Of a DNA stretch of 64,000 nucleotides, positions 1-9,226 are shown piece after piece. Source of the stretch: Clostridiales bacterium (lineage in GTDB: Bacteria; Bacillota; Clostridia; Christensenellales; Aristaeellaceae); contig SVGJ01000005.1 of NCBI GenBank assembly GCA_015056415.1, forward strand, positions 1,845 through 65,844, in the 5' to 3' direction. The notes below the pieces were generated by a model that saw only the letters and a program-made list of their open reading frames with translations, had not been told where the DNA came from and did not search any database. Each line of letters starts with the position of its first letter. The first letter of the stretch is position 1. Made by a program: the position numbers and the translations under genes.

Positions 1-6
1 AAGACC

Positions 7-294
7 ATGACCAGCAAACAGCGCGCCTATCTTCGTTCCATGGCCAACACCATGGAGACCATTCTCTACGTCGGCAAGGACGGCATCGTCCCCGGCACCA
101 TTAAGCAGGCCAGCGACGCCCTGGAGGCCCGCGAGCTCATTAAGTGCGCGGTGCAGCAGGGCTGCCCCATCAGCGCCAAGGAGGCTCTGGCGGAGCTCTG
201 CCGGCAGCTGGAGGCGGAACCTGTGCAGTGCATCGGCCGCCGCTTCGTGATGTATCGCCCCAGCACCGAAAATCCCCGCATCGTGCTGGAATAA
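7..294 (+). CDS. yhbY: YhbY-like CRM-domain RNA-binding protein
   Basis: 95-aa ORF; size and N-terminal KQRAYLRS...LYVGKDGI pattern fit the YhbY/CRS1 family; hairpin terminator follows. Confidence 0.75.
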   Translation: MTSKQRAYLRSMANTMETILYVGKDGIVPGTIKQASDALEARELIKCAVQQGCPISAKEALAELCRQLEAEPVQCIGRRFVMYRPSTENPRIVLE

Positions 295-304
295 TGTACA
301 CAGC

Positions 305-338
305 AAACCAGCCGGATATTGCCATCCGGCTGGTTTTG
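305..338 (+). terminator. Rho-independent terminator after yhbY-like gene
   Basis: CCAGCCGGAT-loop-ATCCGGCTGG stem followed by TTTT. Confidence 0.6.
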
Positions 339-370
339 TGTTATGATGGAGCATCTTTTTTCTGAAAGGT

Positions 371-916
371 GTGATCTCCGTGCATCAGTACATCCTGGAA
401 ACCGAACGGCTCATTCTTCGTCCCCTCACCGTAAACGACGCGGCTGCGGAATTTGTCTGGCTGTCCGACCCGGAGGTCAACCGCTTCATGCCCTACGATC
501 TCTACACCAGCGTGGAACAGGCCAGGGAATGGCTGCGCCATGTGGAGCAAAGCGAAGAAACATACCACTTCGGCTTTGTCCGTAAGGAGGATGGCCTGCT
601 CATCGGCGCGGGATCCATCAGTCCCCATGCGGATCAGCACGAATCCCTGCCCGGCGCATGGGGCTTTGGCTACAACCTCCGCCGCGACTGCTGGAACAAG
701 GGTTACGCCACCGAGGCCACCCGGGCGATGATCGATTTTGTGCACCACACCTTCGGCGTGAAGGATTTCTGCGCCAGCCACGCTGTCGATAACCCCGCCT
801 CCGGCCGCGTAATGGAGAAGGTCGGCTGCACGTTCCACCACTTCAGCGAATACTCCACCTTCGATGGGACACAGACCTTCCCTTCCAGGGTTTGGTCGCT
901 TCACCTGGAGGATTGA
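371..916 (+). CDS. GNAT family N-acetyltransferase (RimJ/RimL-like)
   Basis: TERLILRPL...DPEVNRFM N-terminus and NKGYATEA acetyl-CoA motif region; GTG start, possibly GTG at 380 instead. Confidence 0.85.
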   Translation: MISVHQYILETERLILRPLTVNDAAAEFVWLSDPEVNRFMPYDLYTSVEQAREWLRHVEQSEETYHFGFVRKEDGLLIGAGSISPHADQHESLPGAWGFGYNLRRDCWNKGYATEATRAMIDFVHHTFGVKDFCASHAVDNPASGRVMEKVGCTFHHFSEYSTFDGTQTFPSRVWSLHLED

Positions 917-918
917 CC

Positions 919-1404
919 ATGCAGCAGCTTGGGCATCCCTTTCCTCCGGTAGCGGATGAGCAATGCCGCATCCTGATCCTGGGCAGCTTTCCATCCGTTG
1001 TCTCCCGTGAGGAAGGCTTCTTCTACGGGCATCCCCGCAACCGCTTCTGGCCCATGCTGGCCGGCATTTTTTACGAGGAAACACCCCTCACCGTACCCGA
1101 CAGGAAAGCTCTTCTGCTTCGCCACCACCTGGCCCTGTGGGATGTGATCGCCTCCTGCCGCATCGAGGGCTCCGCTGACGCCTCCGTCCGCGATGCGACC
1201 CCCGTGGATATCCGCCGTGTGCTGAAGGTTGCGCCCGTTGAACGCATCCTTTGTAACGGCGCACTGGCCGGACGGCTCTATCGCCGGCATTTACAGCCCA
1301 TCACCGGCATGGAAGCCATTGTACTCCCCTCCACCAGCCCCGCCAACGCGGCGTGGAACCTGCCGCGGCTGGTAGCCGCATGGAAGCCTCACCTGAATAC
1401 ATAA
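919..1404 (+). CDS. UDG-superfamily DNA glycosylase (DNA-deoxyinosine / mismatch glycosylase-like)
   Basis: ILILGSFPS...GFFYGHPRNRFW motif typical of this UDG subfamily; GGAGGA RBS 6 nt upstream of ATG 919. Confidence 0.75.
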   Translation: MQQLGHPFPPVADEQCRILILGSFPSVVSREEGFFYGHPRNRFWPMLAGIFYEETPLTVPDRKALLLRHHLALWDVIASCRIEGSADASVRDATPVDIRRVLKVAPVERILCNGALAGRLYRRHLQPITGMEAIVLPSTSPANAAWNLPRLVAAWKPHLNT

Positions 1405-1430
1405 AAGCCGGACGTAATCGTCCGGCTTTT
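1404..1430. terminator. Bidirectional hairpin terminator between convergent genes
   Basis: AAAAGCCGGACG-TAAT-CGTCCGGCTTTT perfect hairpin flanked by A and T runs. Confidence 0.7.
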
Positions 1431-1431
1431 C

Positions 1432-2487
1432 CTATGCCTCCCGTTCCGCCTTAACAGTGAATCGCCACGTAAGCGCAGGATAGGTCTCCGGCCAGTTCAG
1501 CCTCTTCCAGTCTTCCATGGTCATTCTTCCAAGCATGGCCTTCCGGCCCACGCCCAGCGCGTCGCAGCCCGCTTTTCCCAGCTTGCCGGTCAGGCTTTGC
1601 AGGCTGCTGATCAACGCCGCCTGCGCACCCTCCTCCGTCATATCAGACGCGCTGTACCGCACACGCAGGCTGCATTGCACCTCCTGCCCCTCCAGCGTAA
1701 TACTGCATTTGGCGTCCAGTAGCGTCAGCGTACCCTCCGGCAGGGAGAGTACGCCCTGGCGTGTTTTCCCCTTCAGCAGCGAAAGCAGCTGCATTTCCAT
1801 GGCAGTCAGTTCTCCCTTTACCGCGCCGGTATGGCTCGCCATCCACCCGCCGGAAAACTGCACCTTGCCCGCTCCCTTCGCCGCCTGCTCCCCGGCCGTT
1901 GCGTCCATGCCCGGAACGGTGTTCGCCGCGGCGGATTCCATGGCCGCGTTCATCAGCACAACCTGCTGGCGCTGGCCCATCCTCTGCCATTCTTCCAGCG
2001 TGACCAGCTCGGCCACGCCAGCCTTTTCCCGCGCCTTCATCAACGATTCCAGCGATTTGCTCAGTCGGCTTCCCGTGGCCGGCTCCAGGGCATCCATCAC
2101 GTCCGGAACGTTATCCGGCGTTACCGCGATGACCGCCTGTGGCCTGACCTCCCCCCGCGCCGCCAATGCCCGTAGGATCTCCTGGAAACGATCTGATTCC
2201 GCCAGCGTTTCCGCAAAGAGCAGCAGCCGCAGCTGACCATAATGCAGCTCCATGGGCGCCGAGGCATTCAGCAACGCCATGGCCTCGCCCAGGGAATTGC
2301 CCCGGGCGGTGAGCGTCATGTATCCGCCCCCTGTCTGATAAGTGGGCAACCGGACGCTGACCTCCCACACGCCCCCTGTTTCACTGACGCCCATCGCCAC
2401 CGCGAAGGCTCGATCCTCCCCAGGCAGCACGCTGCATCCGCCCAGCAGAAGCATCGCCGCCACCAGCGCAGGCAACCAACGTTTCAT
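1432..2487 (-). CDS. Spore germination Ger(x)C-family lipoprotein
   Basis: MKRWLPALVAAMLLLGGC lipobox signal peptide; last gene of a gerA-type operon; ATGA overlap with the upstream gene; the long N-terminal extension in the ORF track was discarded. Confidence 0.8.
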   Translation of the reverse strand: MKRWLPALVAAMLLLGGCSVLPGEDRAFAVAMGVSETGGVWEVSVRLPTYQTGGGYMTLTARGNSLGEAMALLNASAPMELHYGQLRLLLFAETLAESDRFQEILRALAARGEVRPQAVIAVTPDNVPDVMDALEPATGSRLSKSLESLMKAREKAGVAELVTLEEWQRMGQRQQVVLMNAAMESAAANTVPGMDATAGEQAAKGAGKVQFSGGWMASHTGAVKGELTAMEMQLLSLLKGKTRQGVLSLPEGTLTLLDAKCSITLEGQEVQCSLRVRYSASDMTEEGAQAALISSLQSLTGKLGKAGCDALGVGRKAMLGRMTMEDWKRLNWPETYPALTWRFTVKAEREA

Positions 2488-3515
2488 ACGCGCTTCCCCC
2501 TGAAAGAAAGAATGGTACTCAGGCCCAGCGCCGCCAGCAGCCACGGTTCCACGGCGCCCAGCGTTTGCCACAGCGAGCGCAGGGGAAGCGCCTGCGTCGC
2601 TGCCAAACCCACGGCAAAAACGCCCGGCAGCCACACGCAGCTTCGCCCCGTGGGCGCAAGGATATAGGCCGCGCTCAGGCTACAGGCGCTGCCCAGCGCG
2701 AGAAACAGCGTACCCATCCACAGGCAGACACACACGAGTCTCAGCATCGGTCCCAGATGCGCCACCGTCTGCACGATGGTATCCCCCAGGGTGGCGCCCA
2801 GCGTCAGCTGCTCATGAGGGATGACCAGGTTCAGGCAGAGCAGCGCCCCGACGCACAGCAGCGCCGGCGGCCATGTCTCCGAGATTCTGCGCGCCGCCAC
2901 GGGCTGCTCCAGCAGCGGCAGCAGAAAAACCCAGCCCATGCCCACGCCGGCCCGCAAGGCTGCCCATACGCCCGGCACGCCGCTACCCAGCACCGGGAAA
3001 AGATGATCAAGCTCAGCTTTGACCAGATATCCCCCTGCCACCAGCGCCAGCAAAGCCAGCAGCGGCAGCCGCAGAAAATACACACCCCGGGCCAGACCCT
3101 CCCGGCGCAGGCTGAAGAGCAGCATCCCCGCTGCCACCGCCGCCAGCGTCAATTGCGTGCCCTGCGTTCCCACCCCTTCGGTAAACAGCGTGATCAGCGC
3201 CGTCATGCTGCTGACGCCATCGATCAGCAGCGCTGCGGACGCAAAGAAACACACTGTACCGCCGGAAAGCATCGCCCGTCCGCTTCGCTTCAACCCCCAG
3301 CAAGCCATGCTGTACAGAATAGCGCCCGGAAGCAGGCACACCATTGTGACCCACCAGCCAGCCGATCCCGCCAGCGGCAGTACCCGCGTCACCGCCGTAC
3401 GCAGGATGCTCACGCAGGCCAGCAGCCGCCATTGGCTGCGCATTGCCCGGCGTTCACCCAACTGGCGCATCGCTGCCCTTTCCTGCGGCGAATGAACTCT
3501 GCTTTTTGTTCTCAT
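2484..3515 (-). CDS. Spore germination GerAB-like permease (multi-pass membrane protein)
   Basis: About 10 hydrophobic segments; middle position between the GerAA-like and GerAC-like genes; start approximate. Confidence 0.75.
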   Translation of the reverse strand: MRTKSRVHSPQERAAMRQLGERRAMRSQWRLLACVSILRTAVTRVLPLAGSAGWWVTMVCLLPGAILYSMACWGLKRSGRAMLSGGTVCFFASAALLIDGVSSMTALITLFTEGVGTQGTQLTLAAVAAGMLLFSLRREGLARGVYFLRLPLLALLALVAGGYLVKAELDHLFPVLGSGVPGVWAALRAGVGMGWVFLLPLLEQPVAARRISETWPPALLCVGALLCLNLVIPHEQLTLGATLGDTIVQTVAHLGPMLRLVCVCLWMGTLFLALGSACSLSAAYILAPTGRSCVWLPGVFAVGLAATQALPLRSLWQTLGAVEPWLLAALGLSTILSFRGKRV

Positions 3516-3516
3516 G

Positions 3517-4998
3517 CTACTTCCTGTCCCAGCCACGCATTTTTCCACTGGCTCGATCCATGTTGAAAGGATTCCCCAGCCACGTCCGCAGCCGCTGCCT
3601 CCATATGGGATACCGGATCAACCCGTCCGGGTTATGGGTGCGCAGAGGCGCAACAGGCGCGGCAAAGGGCGAGCCCAGACTCGTCATGCCGCACATCCGC
3701 ACCGTCATCACGATCATCAGCAGCACCATGCCATACAGACCAAAGACACAGCCCGCCGCCAGAAAGACCAGCTGCCCGATGCGGAAGGCCATGCCCAGCG
3801 AGTAATCGGGGATCGCGTAGCTTCCCAGGCTGGCTACCGCCACCACGATGATCAGCAGCGGGTGGATCAGCCGTGCCTCCACCGCAGCCTGCCCCAGGAT
3901 CAGTCCGCTCACCGTGCCCAGCGAGTTTCCCACCACCCCCGGCACACGGGTGCCCGCCTCGTTGATCAGGTTGAACATGATCAGCATCAGGAATGTCTCC
4001 GCCGGGATGGACAGGGGCACCTGCGCCTGGCTTTCCAGGATGGCAGTGAGCAGCGTTACCGGCAGCGCCTCGGGGTGGAAGGTGACTGCCGCCACAAACA
4101 GCCCCGGCAGCAGCAGCGTACACAGCGCTCCCACCAGCCGGATCAGCCGCAGGAACGTGCCATACTGCCAGCGCATAGAGGTGTCATCCGGGGTGTGAAA
4201 CAGGTGCAGAAAGCTGACAGGCACCGCCAGCACCTGGGGCGCTCCGTCCATCACGATGACGATCTGTCCCTCCAGCAGGAAGGAGGCCGCCCTGTCCGGC
4301 CGCTCCGTCAGGCAGCATTGGGGAAGAAGCGCAAAGGGGCTGTCCTCCACAAGCTGTTCCAGCGCGCCGATGGACAGCACCTGATCCACCCGTATGCCCT
4401 TCAGACGGTTCTTGATACGCTGGAGCAGGTGCTCATCCACGGCGTTTTTCAGATACATAACGCACAGGTTTGTGGGCGAAGCCTCCCCGATGGTTGTCAT
4501 CTCTCCGATCAGCTCCGGGGTGTGCAGGATGCGGCGCAGCAGGGTGATGTTGTCCCGCAGGGCCTCATTGAAGCCCTGGTGCGGGCCGTTGACAACGCTT
4601 TCCGTCAGCGGTGGCGAGATACCCCTGCGCACAAAGAAACGGATATCGAAGCACAGCGCCTCGGGCATGCCGTCCGCCAGCAGCACCGCCTTGCCGTTCA
4701 CGATGGCGTCAACAGCCTCGGCGTAGGTTGCCACGGCTTTCGCGTCGCCCACGCGTACCGTCCGCAGCAGCGCGTCCGAAAGGTCTGTCGTCAGTTCATT
4801 CATAGCCTGATCCTGGCAGGGTGTGATGATGTAATGCTGCAGAAAATCCGAGGATGCCAATCCGTCCATGAAGTAGACCGCCGCCTCCCGCCGGAAAACC
4901 CGCAGATCCCTGCGGATCATATCGGAATTGATATCGCGGAAAAGCCGTTTCTCCATTACCTTCAGGCTGCGCTCCAGAGAAGCGGAAATCTGATCCAC
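3517..4998 (-). CDS. Spore germination protein, GerAA/KA family
   Basis: 493 aa; soluble N-terminal domain and C-terminal membrane segments; typical GerA family layout, first gene of the operon; GTG start with GGTGGTGA RBS. Confidence 0.85.
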   Translation of the reverse strand: MDQISASLERSLKVMEKRLFRDINSDMIRRDLRVFRREAAVYFMDGLASSDFLQHYIITPCQDQAMNELTTDLSDALLRTVRVGDAKAVATYAEAVDAIVNGKAVLLADGMPEALCFDIRFFVRRGISPPLTESVVNGPHQGFNEALRDNITLLRRILHTPELIGEMTTIGEASPTNLCVMYLKNAVDEHLLQRIKNRLKGIRVDQVLSIGALEQLVEDSPFALLPQCCLTERPDRAASFLLEGQIVIVMDGAPQVLAVPVSFLHLFHTPDDTSMRWQYGTFLRLIRLVGALCTLLLPGLFVAAVTFHPEALPVTLLTAILESQAQVPLSIPAETFLMLIMFNLINEAGTRVPGVVGNSLGTVSGLILGQAAVEARLIHPLLIIVVAVASLGSYAIPDYSLGMAFRIGQLVFLAAGCVFGLYGMVLLMIVMTVRMCGMTSLGSPFAAPVAPLRTHNPDGLIRYPIWRQRLRTWLGNPFNMDRASGKMRGWDRK

Positions 4999-5070
4999 CA
5001 GGGCTCACCACCTTTCACGCAAAGTTCGTCAGGCGCGGCAGAGGGTCTTAGCCTGCCGATTGCGATCATA

Positions 5071-5107
5071 CCGTAAATTCCCCGAAATGGCGTTGCCATT
5101 TCGGGGA
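5071..5107 (-). terminator. Hairpin terminator downstream of the DUF1540 gene
   Basis: TTCCCCGAAATGGC-GT-TGCCATTTCGGGGAA hairpin, followed by TTTACG on the minus strand. Confidence 0.55.
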
Positions 5108-5126
5108 ACCCTTTCAGAGAGTCACT

Positions 5127-5294
5127 TTAGTGGCGGCACTTGTAGCTGTTGCACATGCTTTCGTCAGCCTTGCCATCGCAGCAGTTCGCCTTGGGCGCCA
5201 CCTGAATGTCGGTCAGGGCGCACTTGTTGTCCACCTCGTGATGCTGGCAGCTTTCCACGCTGCAATGGATGCACTGGTTCTTCATATGAGCCAT
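5127..5294 (-). CDS. DUF1540 domain small Cys-rich protein
   Basis: MAHMKNQCIHCSVESCQHH...CNSYKCRH, about 55 aa; the upstream part of the 132-aa ORF has no coding look. Confidence 0.7.
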   Translation of the reverse strand: MAHMKNQCIHCSVESCQHHEVDNKCALTDIQVAPKANCCDGKADESMCNSYKCRH

Positions 5295-5445
5295 GTCCAA
5301 TCCCCTCCTGAAAGAATCGTCGCCACAAGCGGGCGCAAAAGCATCATGCCCTGAATTGCCCCTTGTGATGCTGGCAAAAATGTGGTAAATTGAACCTGCC
5401 GCCTGCGACTGTATTCGCTCCGCGGCAGAAGAAAGGAGGATCTCT

Positions 5446-5925
5446 ATGTTCAGGAGATTTGCCAACACCCGTTTTCTTTGTTTGAGCGCCATCATCGCCG
5501 CGCTGTACGCCGCGCTGACGCTCATGCTCCCCGTGCTGAGCTACGGCGCGTGGCAATGCCGCCTTTCCGAGGCGCTGACGCTTTTGCCGCTGGTGCTGCC
5601 CCAATCCGTACCGGGCCTGTTCGTAGGCTGCCTCATCGCCAACATTCTCAGCCCGATGGGCATCTGGGATGTTGTGTTCGGCTCGCTGGCCACGCTGATC
5701 GCCGCCATCGGCACCTATGCGCTGCGCAAGCGTCCGCCGCTGGCCGCCGCCTGCCCTGTGCTCTCCAACGGCGTCATCGTTGGCCTGATGCTCTCGGTGG
5801 TATACAGCCTTCCCGCCGCCCTGACGATGCTCCAGGTCGCCGCCGGAGAGGCGCTGGCCGTGGCTGTTGGGTATGTGCTGATCAGGGCGCTCAAGGGCAA
5901 GATCGACTGGAAAAGACTGCAATAA
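5446..5925 (+). CDS. queT: QueT-family queuosine-precursor transporter
   Basis: 159-aa membrane protein; LSAIIAALYAALT...RLSEALTLLP pattern typical of QueT; AGGAGG RBS. Confidence 0.8.
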   Translation: MFRRFANTRFLCLSAIIAALYAALTLMLPVLSYGAWQCRLSEALTLLPLVLPQSVPGLFVGCLIANILSPMGIWDVVFGSLATLIAAIGTYALRKRPPLAAACPVLSNGVIVGLMLSVVYSLPAALTMLQVAAGEALAVAVGYVLIRALKGKIDWKRLQ

Positions 5926-5936
5926 TTTACATTCAA

Positions 5937-5961
5937 GAGACGGGTTTTCCCCGTCTTTTTC
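5937..5961 (+). terminator. Rho-independent terminator after queT
   Basis: AGACGGG-loop-CCCGTCT followed by TTTTT. Confidence 0.6.
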
Positions 5962-6066
5962 GTTTAATTGATGAATTCATGAATTTTTACAGAAATGTTT
6001 CCATTCAGGGGCATCATGTGGTATAATACAGGGTGGAATGTCCTGTTGATTCGGAGGCAGACCTGT

Positions 6067-6645
6067 ATGGATGAAATTCGACTGATCCTTGCGTCCCAAT
6101 CCCCGCGCCGCAGGGAGTTATTGAGCCTGACGGGCCTTTCCTTCGCGGTGGACGCCCCTGAGGTGGACGAGACCTGTTCCCTTGGCGCCCGTGACGCCGT
6201 GCTGGAGCTGAGCCGCCGCAAGGCCCTTGCCGCTGCGGACAAGCACCCCGGCAAAGTGATCCTGGCCAGCGATACGCTGGTAGCCGTGGATGACGTGCCC
6301 CTGGGCAAGCCTGTTGATACAGCCGACGCCTTCCGCATGCTGCGCAGCCTCGCCGACCGCTGGCATCAGGTGCACACCGGTGTGTGCGTCGTTGATGAAA
6401 ACGGCGGGCTCCACGCCGGGGTGGACGCTACTGACGTGCGCTTCGGCCCCATGAGCGATGAGGAGATCCGCGCCTACATCGCCACCTCTGAGCCCATGGA
6501 CAAGGCAGGCGCTTACGCCCTGCAGGGTATTGCCGGCCTGTGGATCGAGGAGATCCGTGGCTCCCATACCAACGTCATCGGTCTCCCCATGACGCTGACC
6601 CGCAAGCTGCTGGAGGAATGCGGCCTGCGCCCCCTGAACATCTGA
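6067..6645 (+). CDS. maf: Maf-like nucleoside triphosphate pyrophosphatase / septum formation protein
   Basis: LILASQSPRRRELL, SDT...GKP, DKAGAYA(L)QG motifs. Confidence 0.9.
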   Translation: MDEIRLILASQSPRRRELLSLTGLSFAVDAPEVDETCSLGARDAVLELSRRKALAAADKHPGKVILASDTLVAVDDVPLGKPVDTADAFRMLRSLADRWHQVHTGVCVVDENGGLHAGVDATDVRFGPMSDEEIRAYIATSEPMDKAGAYALQGIAGLWIEEIRGSHTNVIGLPMTLTRKLLEECGLRPLNI

Positions 6646-6688
6646 CCGCTGCCCCGCAGCGTTGACCATAAACGAACGGAGTGAATTC

Positions 6689-7711
6689 ATGGCTTTCTTC
6701 GCACCCGATATCGGCATTGATCTTGGCACCTCCAATACGGTCGTCTACGTCCGCGGCCGCGGCATCGTCATCAGCGAGCCCACCATGGTGGTGGTGGATT
6801 CCAATAACAAGCGCAACGTACGCGCTGTGGGCGACGAGGCAAAGTTCCTCCTGGGTCGCACCAGCGACGCGCTCACCGTTGTCCGGCCCCTGAAGAGCGG
6901 CTCCATCTCCGATTTCGACATGACCGAGATGCTCATCCGCTATTTTATCCGCAAAGCCATTGGCGTGAGCCATGTGATCAAGCCCAAGGTGGTGGTGTCC
7001 ATCCCCGTGGGCCTGCCCGCCGTGTCCCGCAAGGCCGTGACAGAGGCAGCCGAGGTCGCCGGCGCGAAAACGGTCTTCCTGGTGGAAAAGCCCTTTGCCG
7101 CAGCCATCGGCTCCGGCCTGCCGGTGTATGAGCCGGTGGGCAACATGGTCGTCGATATCGGTGGCGGCACCACCGACGTAGCCGTGGTCTCCCTGGGTGG
7201 CCTGGTGGTGGCGCAGTCCATCCAGGTGGGCGGCGTCAAGATGGACGAAGCCATCATCAACTACATCAAGCGCGAGTTCAATATGCTCATCGGCGACCGC
7301 ACCGCCGAGGATGTCAAGCTGGACCTGGCCGCGGCCATGCCCCTTTCCGAGGGTCGTCAGGTTCGCATCCGTGGCCGGGATCTGCTCTCCCCTCAGGCCA
7401 TGGACATTGAGTTTACCTCCGCCCAGGCCCACGAGGCCATCAAAGAGCCCTGCCGCGCCATTCTGGCGGCGATCAAGTGGGTGCTGGAGCGTACCCCGCC
7501 GGAGCTGGCCGCGGACATCATGCGCGGCGGCGTTCACCTGACCGGCGGCGGCGCGCAGCTCTTTGCCATGGATCAGTTCATCGCCACGGAGCTGGGCATC
7601 CCTGTTCTCATCGCCAAGGAGCCCGAGGACTGCACCATTATGGGCCTTGGCTATCTGGTGGAGAACATTCAGCTGCTCACCGGTACGGGCAAGCAGGGTT
7701 ATAACGATTAA
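6689..7711 (+). CDS. mreB: Rod shape-determining protein MreB
   Basis: DIGIDLGTSNTVVY, actin-fold ATPase motifs, about 340 aa. Confidence 0.95.
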   Translation: MAFFAPDIGIDLGTSNTVVYVRGRGIVISEPTMVVVDSNNKRNVRAVGDEAKFLLGRTSDALTVVRPLKSGSISDFDMTEMLIRYFIRKAIGVSHVIKPKVVVSIPVGLPAVSRKAVTEAAEVAGAKTVFLVEKPFAAAIGSGLPVYEPVGNMVVDIGGGTTDVAVVSLGGLVVAQSIQVGGVKMDEAIINYIKREFNMLIGDRTAEDVKLDLAAAMPLSEGRQVRIRGRDLLSPQAMDIEFTSAQAHEAIKEPCRAILAAIKWVLERTPPELAADIMRGGVHLTGGGAQLFAMDQFIATELGIPVLIAKEPEDCTIMGLGYLVENIQLLTGTGKQGYND

Positions 7712-7741
7712 CCGCTTAAACAAAGCGAGGTGATTCCCCTT

Positions 7742-9223
7742 ATGGCAAGAAAGGACCGCCGTGCGCAGCAGGATGAGCAACAGCCGCTGCTGCCCACTTA
7801 TGATGATTTCAAATTCGACGACCTGGACAGCATCACCCGTGATCTGCCCACCGCCGCCGAAAAGGAAGCCGCCGAAATCCCCGAAGAGGATACGTCCGAC
7901 ACCCCCGAAAATGCCCTGCGCAAGCTGCAGATCGAGCGCGACGCCATCGAGGAGGAGCAGGAAAACGCCACCTTTGTGGGCCGCATGAAAAAAAAGCGGC
8001 GCACCTCCTCCCGTGTTCAGGCCGAGGAGAAGCGCCAGCGCAATGAGCTCCCCGGCGGACTGCGTAAGGTGCTGCTGGTCGTCGTCACCGTGGTGATCGT
8101 CGGCTTTCTGGGCATCATGCTGCTTTTCCGCGTCATGCCCGACGCGCCCGCCGTCCTGGGCAAGCCCGAAGGCTTCCTCGCCTCCATCGTCACCCCTGTG
8201 CAGAGCGTTTTCTCCTCCATTACCGACAGCTTCGTGGGTTATATGCGCACGCTGAAGCTCCGCGCCAACCTGGAGGCAGAATACAACAAGCTCCGCGCCG
8301 AAAACGAGCAGCTGGTCTATCAGGCCATGCTGGCGGATGAATACGTCAAGCAGCTTTCCCAGTTTGAGAATATGTATGACGAGATCTCCGTCAACGAGAA
8401 CATGAACCCCATCGCCTGCACCGTTATTGGCAAGGGCGACGGCAACTACTTCTCCACCTTCACCATCAACCGCGGCAGCCGCGACGGCATCGAGGAATAC
8501 ATGGCCGTCACCATCTCCGGCGCGCTGGTGGGCTATACCGAAAACGTCACCGAGACCAAGTCCCAGGTGCGTACCATCATCGACAGCGAGGCGTCCATCG
8601 CCGGTCTGATCCAGTCCAGCCGCGACCAGGGGACCGTGCGCGGTACGCTGGGCGTCGACGGCGAGCCCATGTGCCGTATGTACTACCTGCCCGATGATCA
8701 CCTGCCCCGCCCCGGTGACATCGTGGTCACCTCCGGCGTGGGTATGTCCTTCCCCAAGGGCATACCGATCGGCACGGTGCGCGAATCCACCCGTGGCATG
8801 GACGCCAACAAGCAGTACATCGTGGTGGAACCCTCGGCTGACTTTGAGCACATCGAATACGTGATCGTTCTGCGCTATAAGCCCGCCGCCGAGGCTGTGC
8901 AGGGCCGTGAATCCTCGGATTACTCCGAGTTCGTCCCTCTTGCCACCGCCCGGCCCATGCCCACGCTGCGTATCGGCAACACCAGCGTGTGGGGCACCAC
9001 GCCTACTCCCGACCCCGTCACGACCCCCGTACCCACGCCCACGCCCACGCCTTCGCCCACGCCTGAACCCACCCCCACGCCCGAGCCCACCATCGCCGGA
9101 CCGGTGTATGAGTATCAGGTCTTCAGCGACGAGCCCACGCCTACCCCTTCTCCCACGCCCACTCCTTCGCCTACGCCCTTCATCACCCTCGCTCCCCAAG
9201 ACATGACCTACGAGGAGGATTAA
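7742..9223 (+). CDS. mreC: Rod shape-determining protein MreC (extended)
   Basis: TM segment, coiled coil YNKLRAENEQL and MreC beta-barrel region (GDIVVTSG...FPKGIPIG); follows mreB; PT-rich tail. Confidence 0.85.
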   Translation: MARKDRRAQQDEQQPLLPTYDDFKFDDLDSITRDLPTAAEKEAAEIPEEDTSDTPENALRKLQIERDAIEEEQENATFVGRMKKKRRTSSRVQAEEKRQRNELPGGLRKVLLVVVTVVIVGFLGIMLLFRVMPDAPAVLGKPEGFLASIVTPVQSVFSSITDSFVGYMRTLKLRANLEAEYNKLRAENEQLVYQAMLADEYVKQLSQFENMYDEISVNENMNPIACTVIGKGDGNYFSTFTINRGSRDGIEEYMAVTISGALVGYTENVTETKSQVRTIIDSEASIAGLIQSSRDQGTVRGTLGVDGEPMCRMYYLPDDHLPRPGDIVVTSGVGMSFPKGIPIGTVRESTRGMDANKQYIVVEPSADFEHIEYVIVLRYKPAAEAVQGRESSDYSEFVPLATARPMPTLRIGNTSVWGTTPTPDPVTTPVPTPTPTPSPTPEPTPTPEPTIAGPVYEYQVFSDEPTPTPSPTPTPSPTPFITLAPQDMTYEED

Positions 9224-9226
9224 CCC

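Noticed and set aside
5127-5525. Full 132-aa ORF as the DUF1540 gene
   Set aside because: Only the C-terminal ~55 aa match the Cys/His-rich DUF1540 pattern, and an internal ATG lies just upstream of that segment. The upstream part overlaps the queT promoter/leader region.
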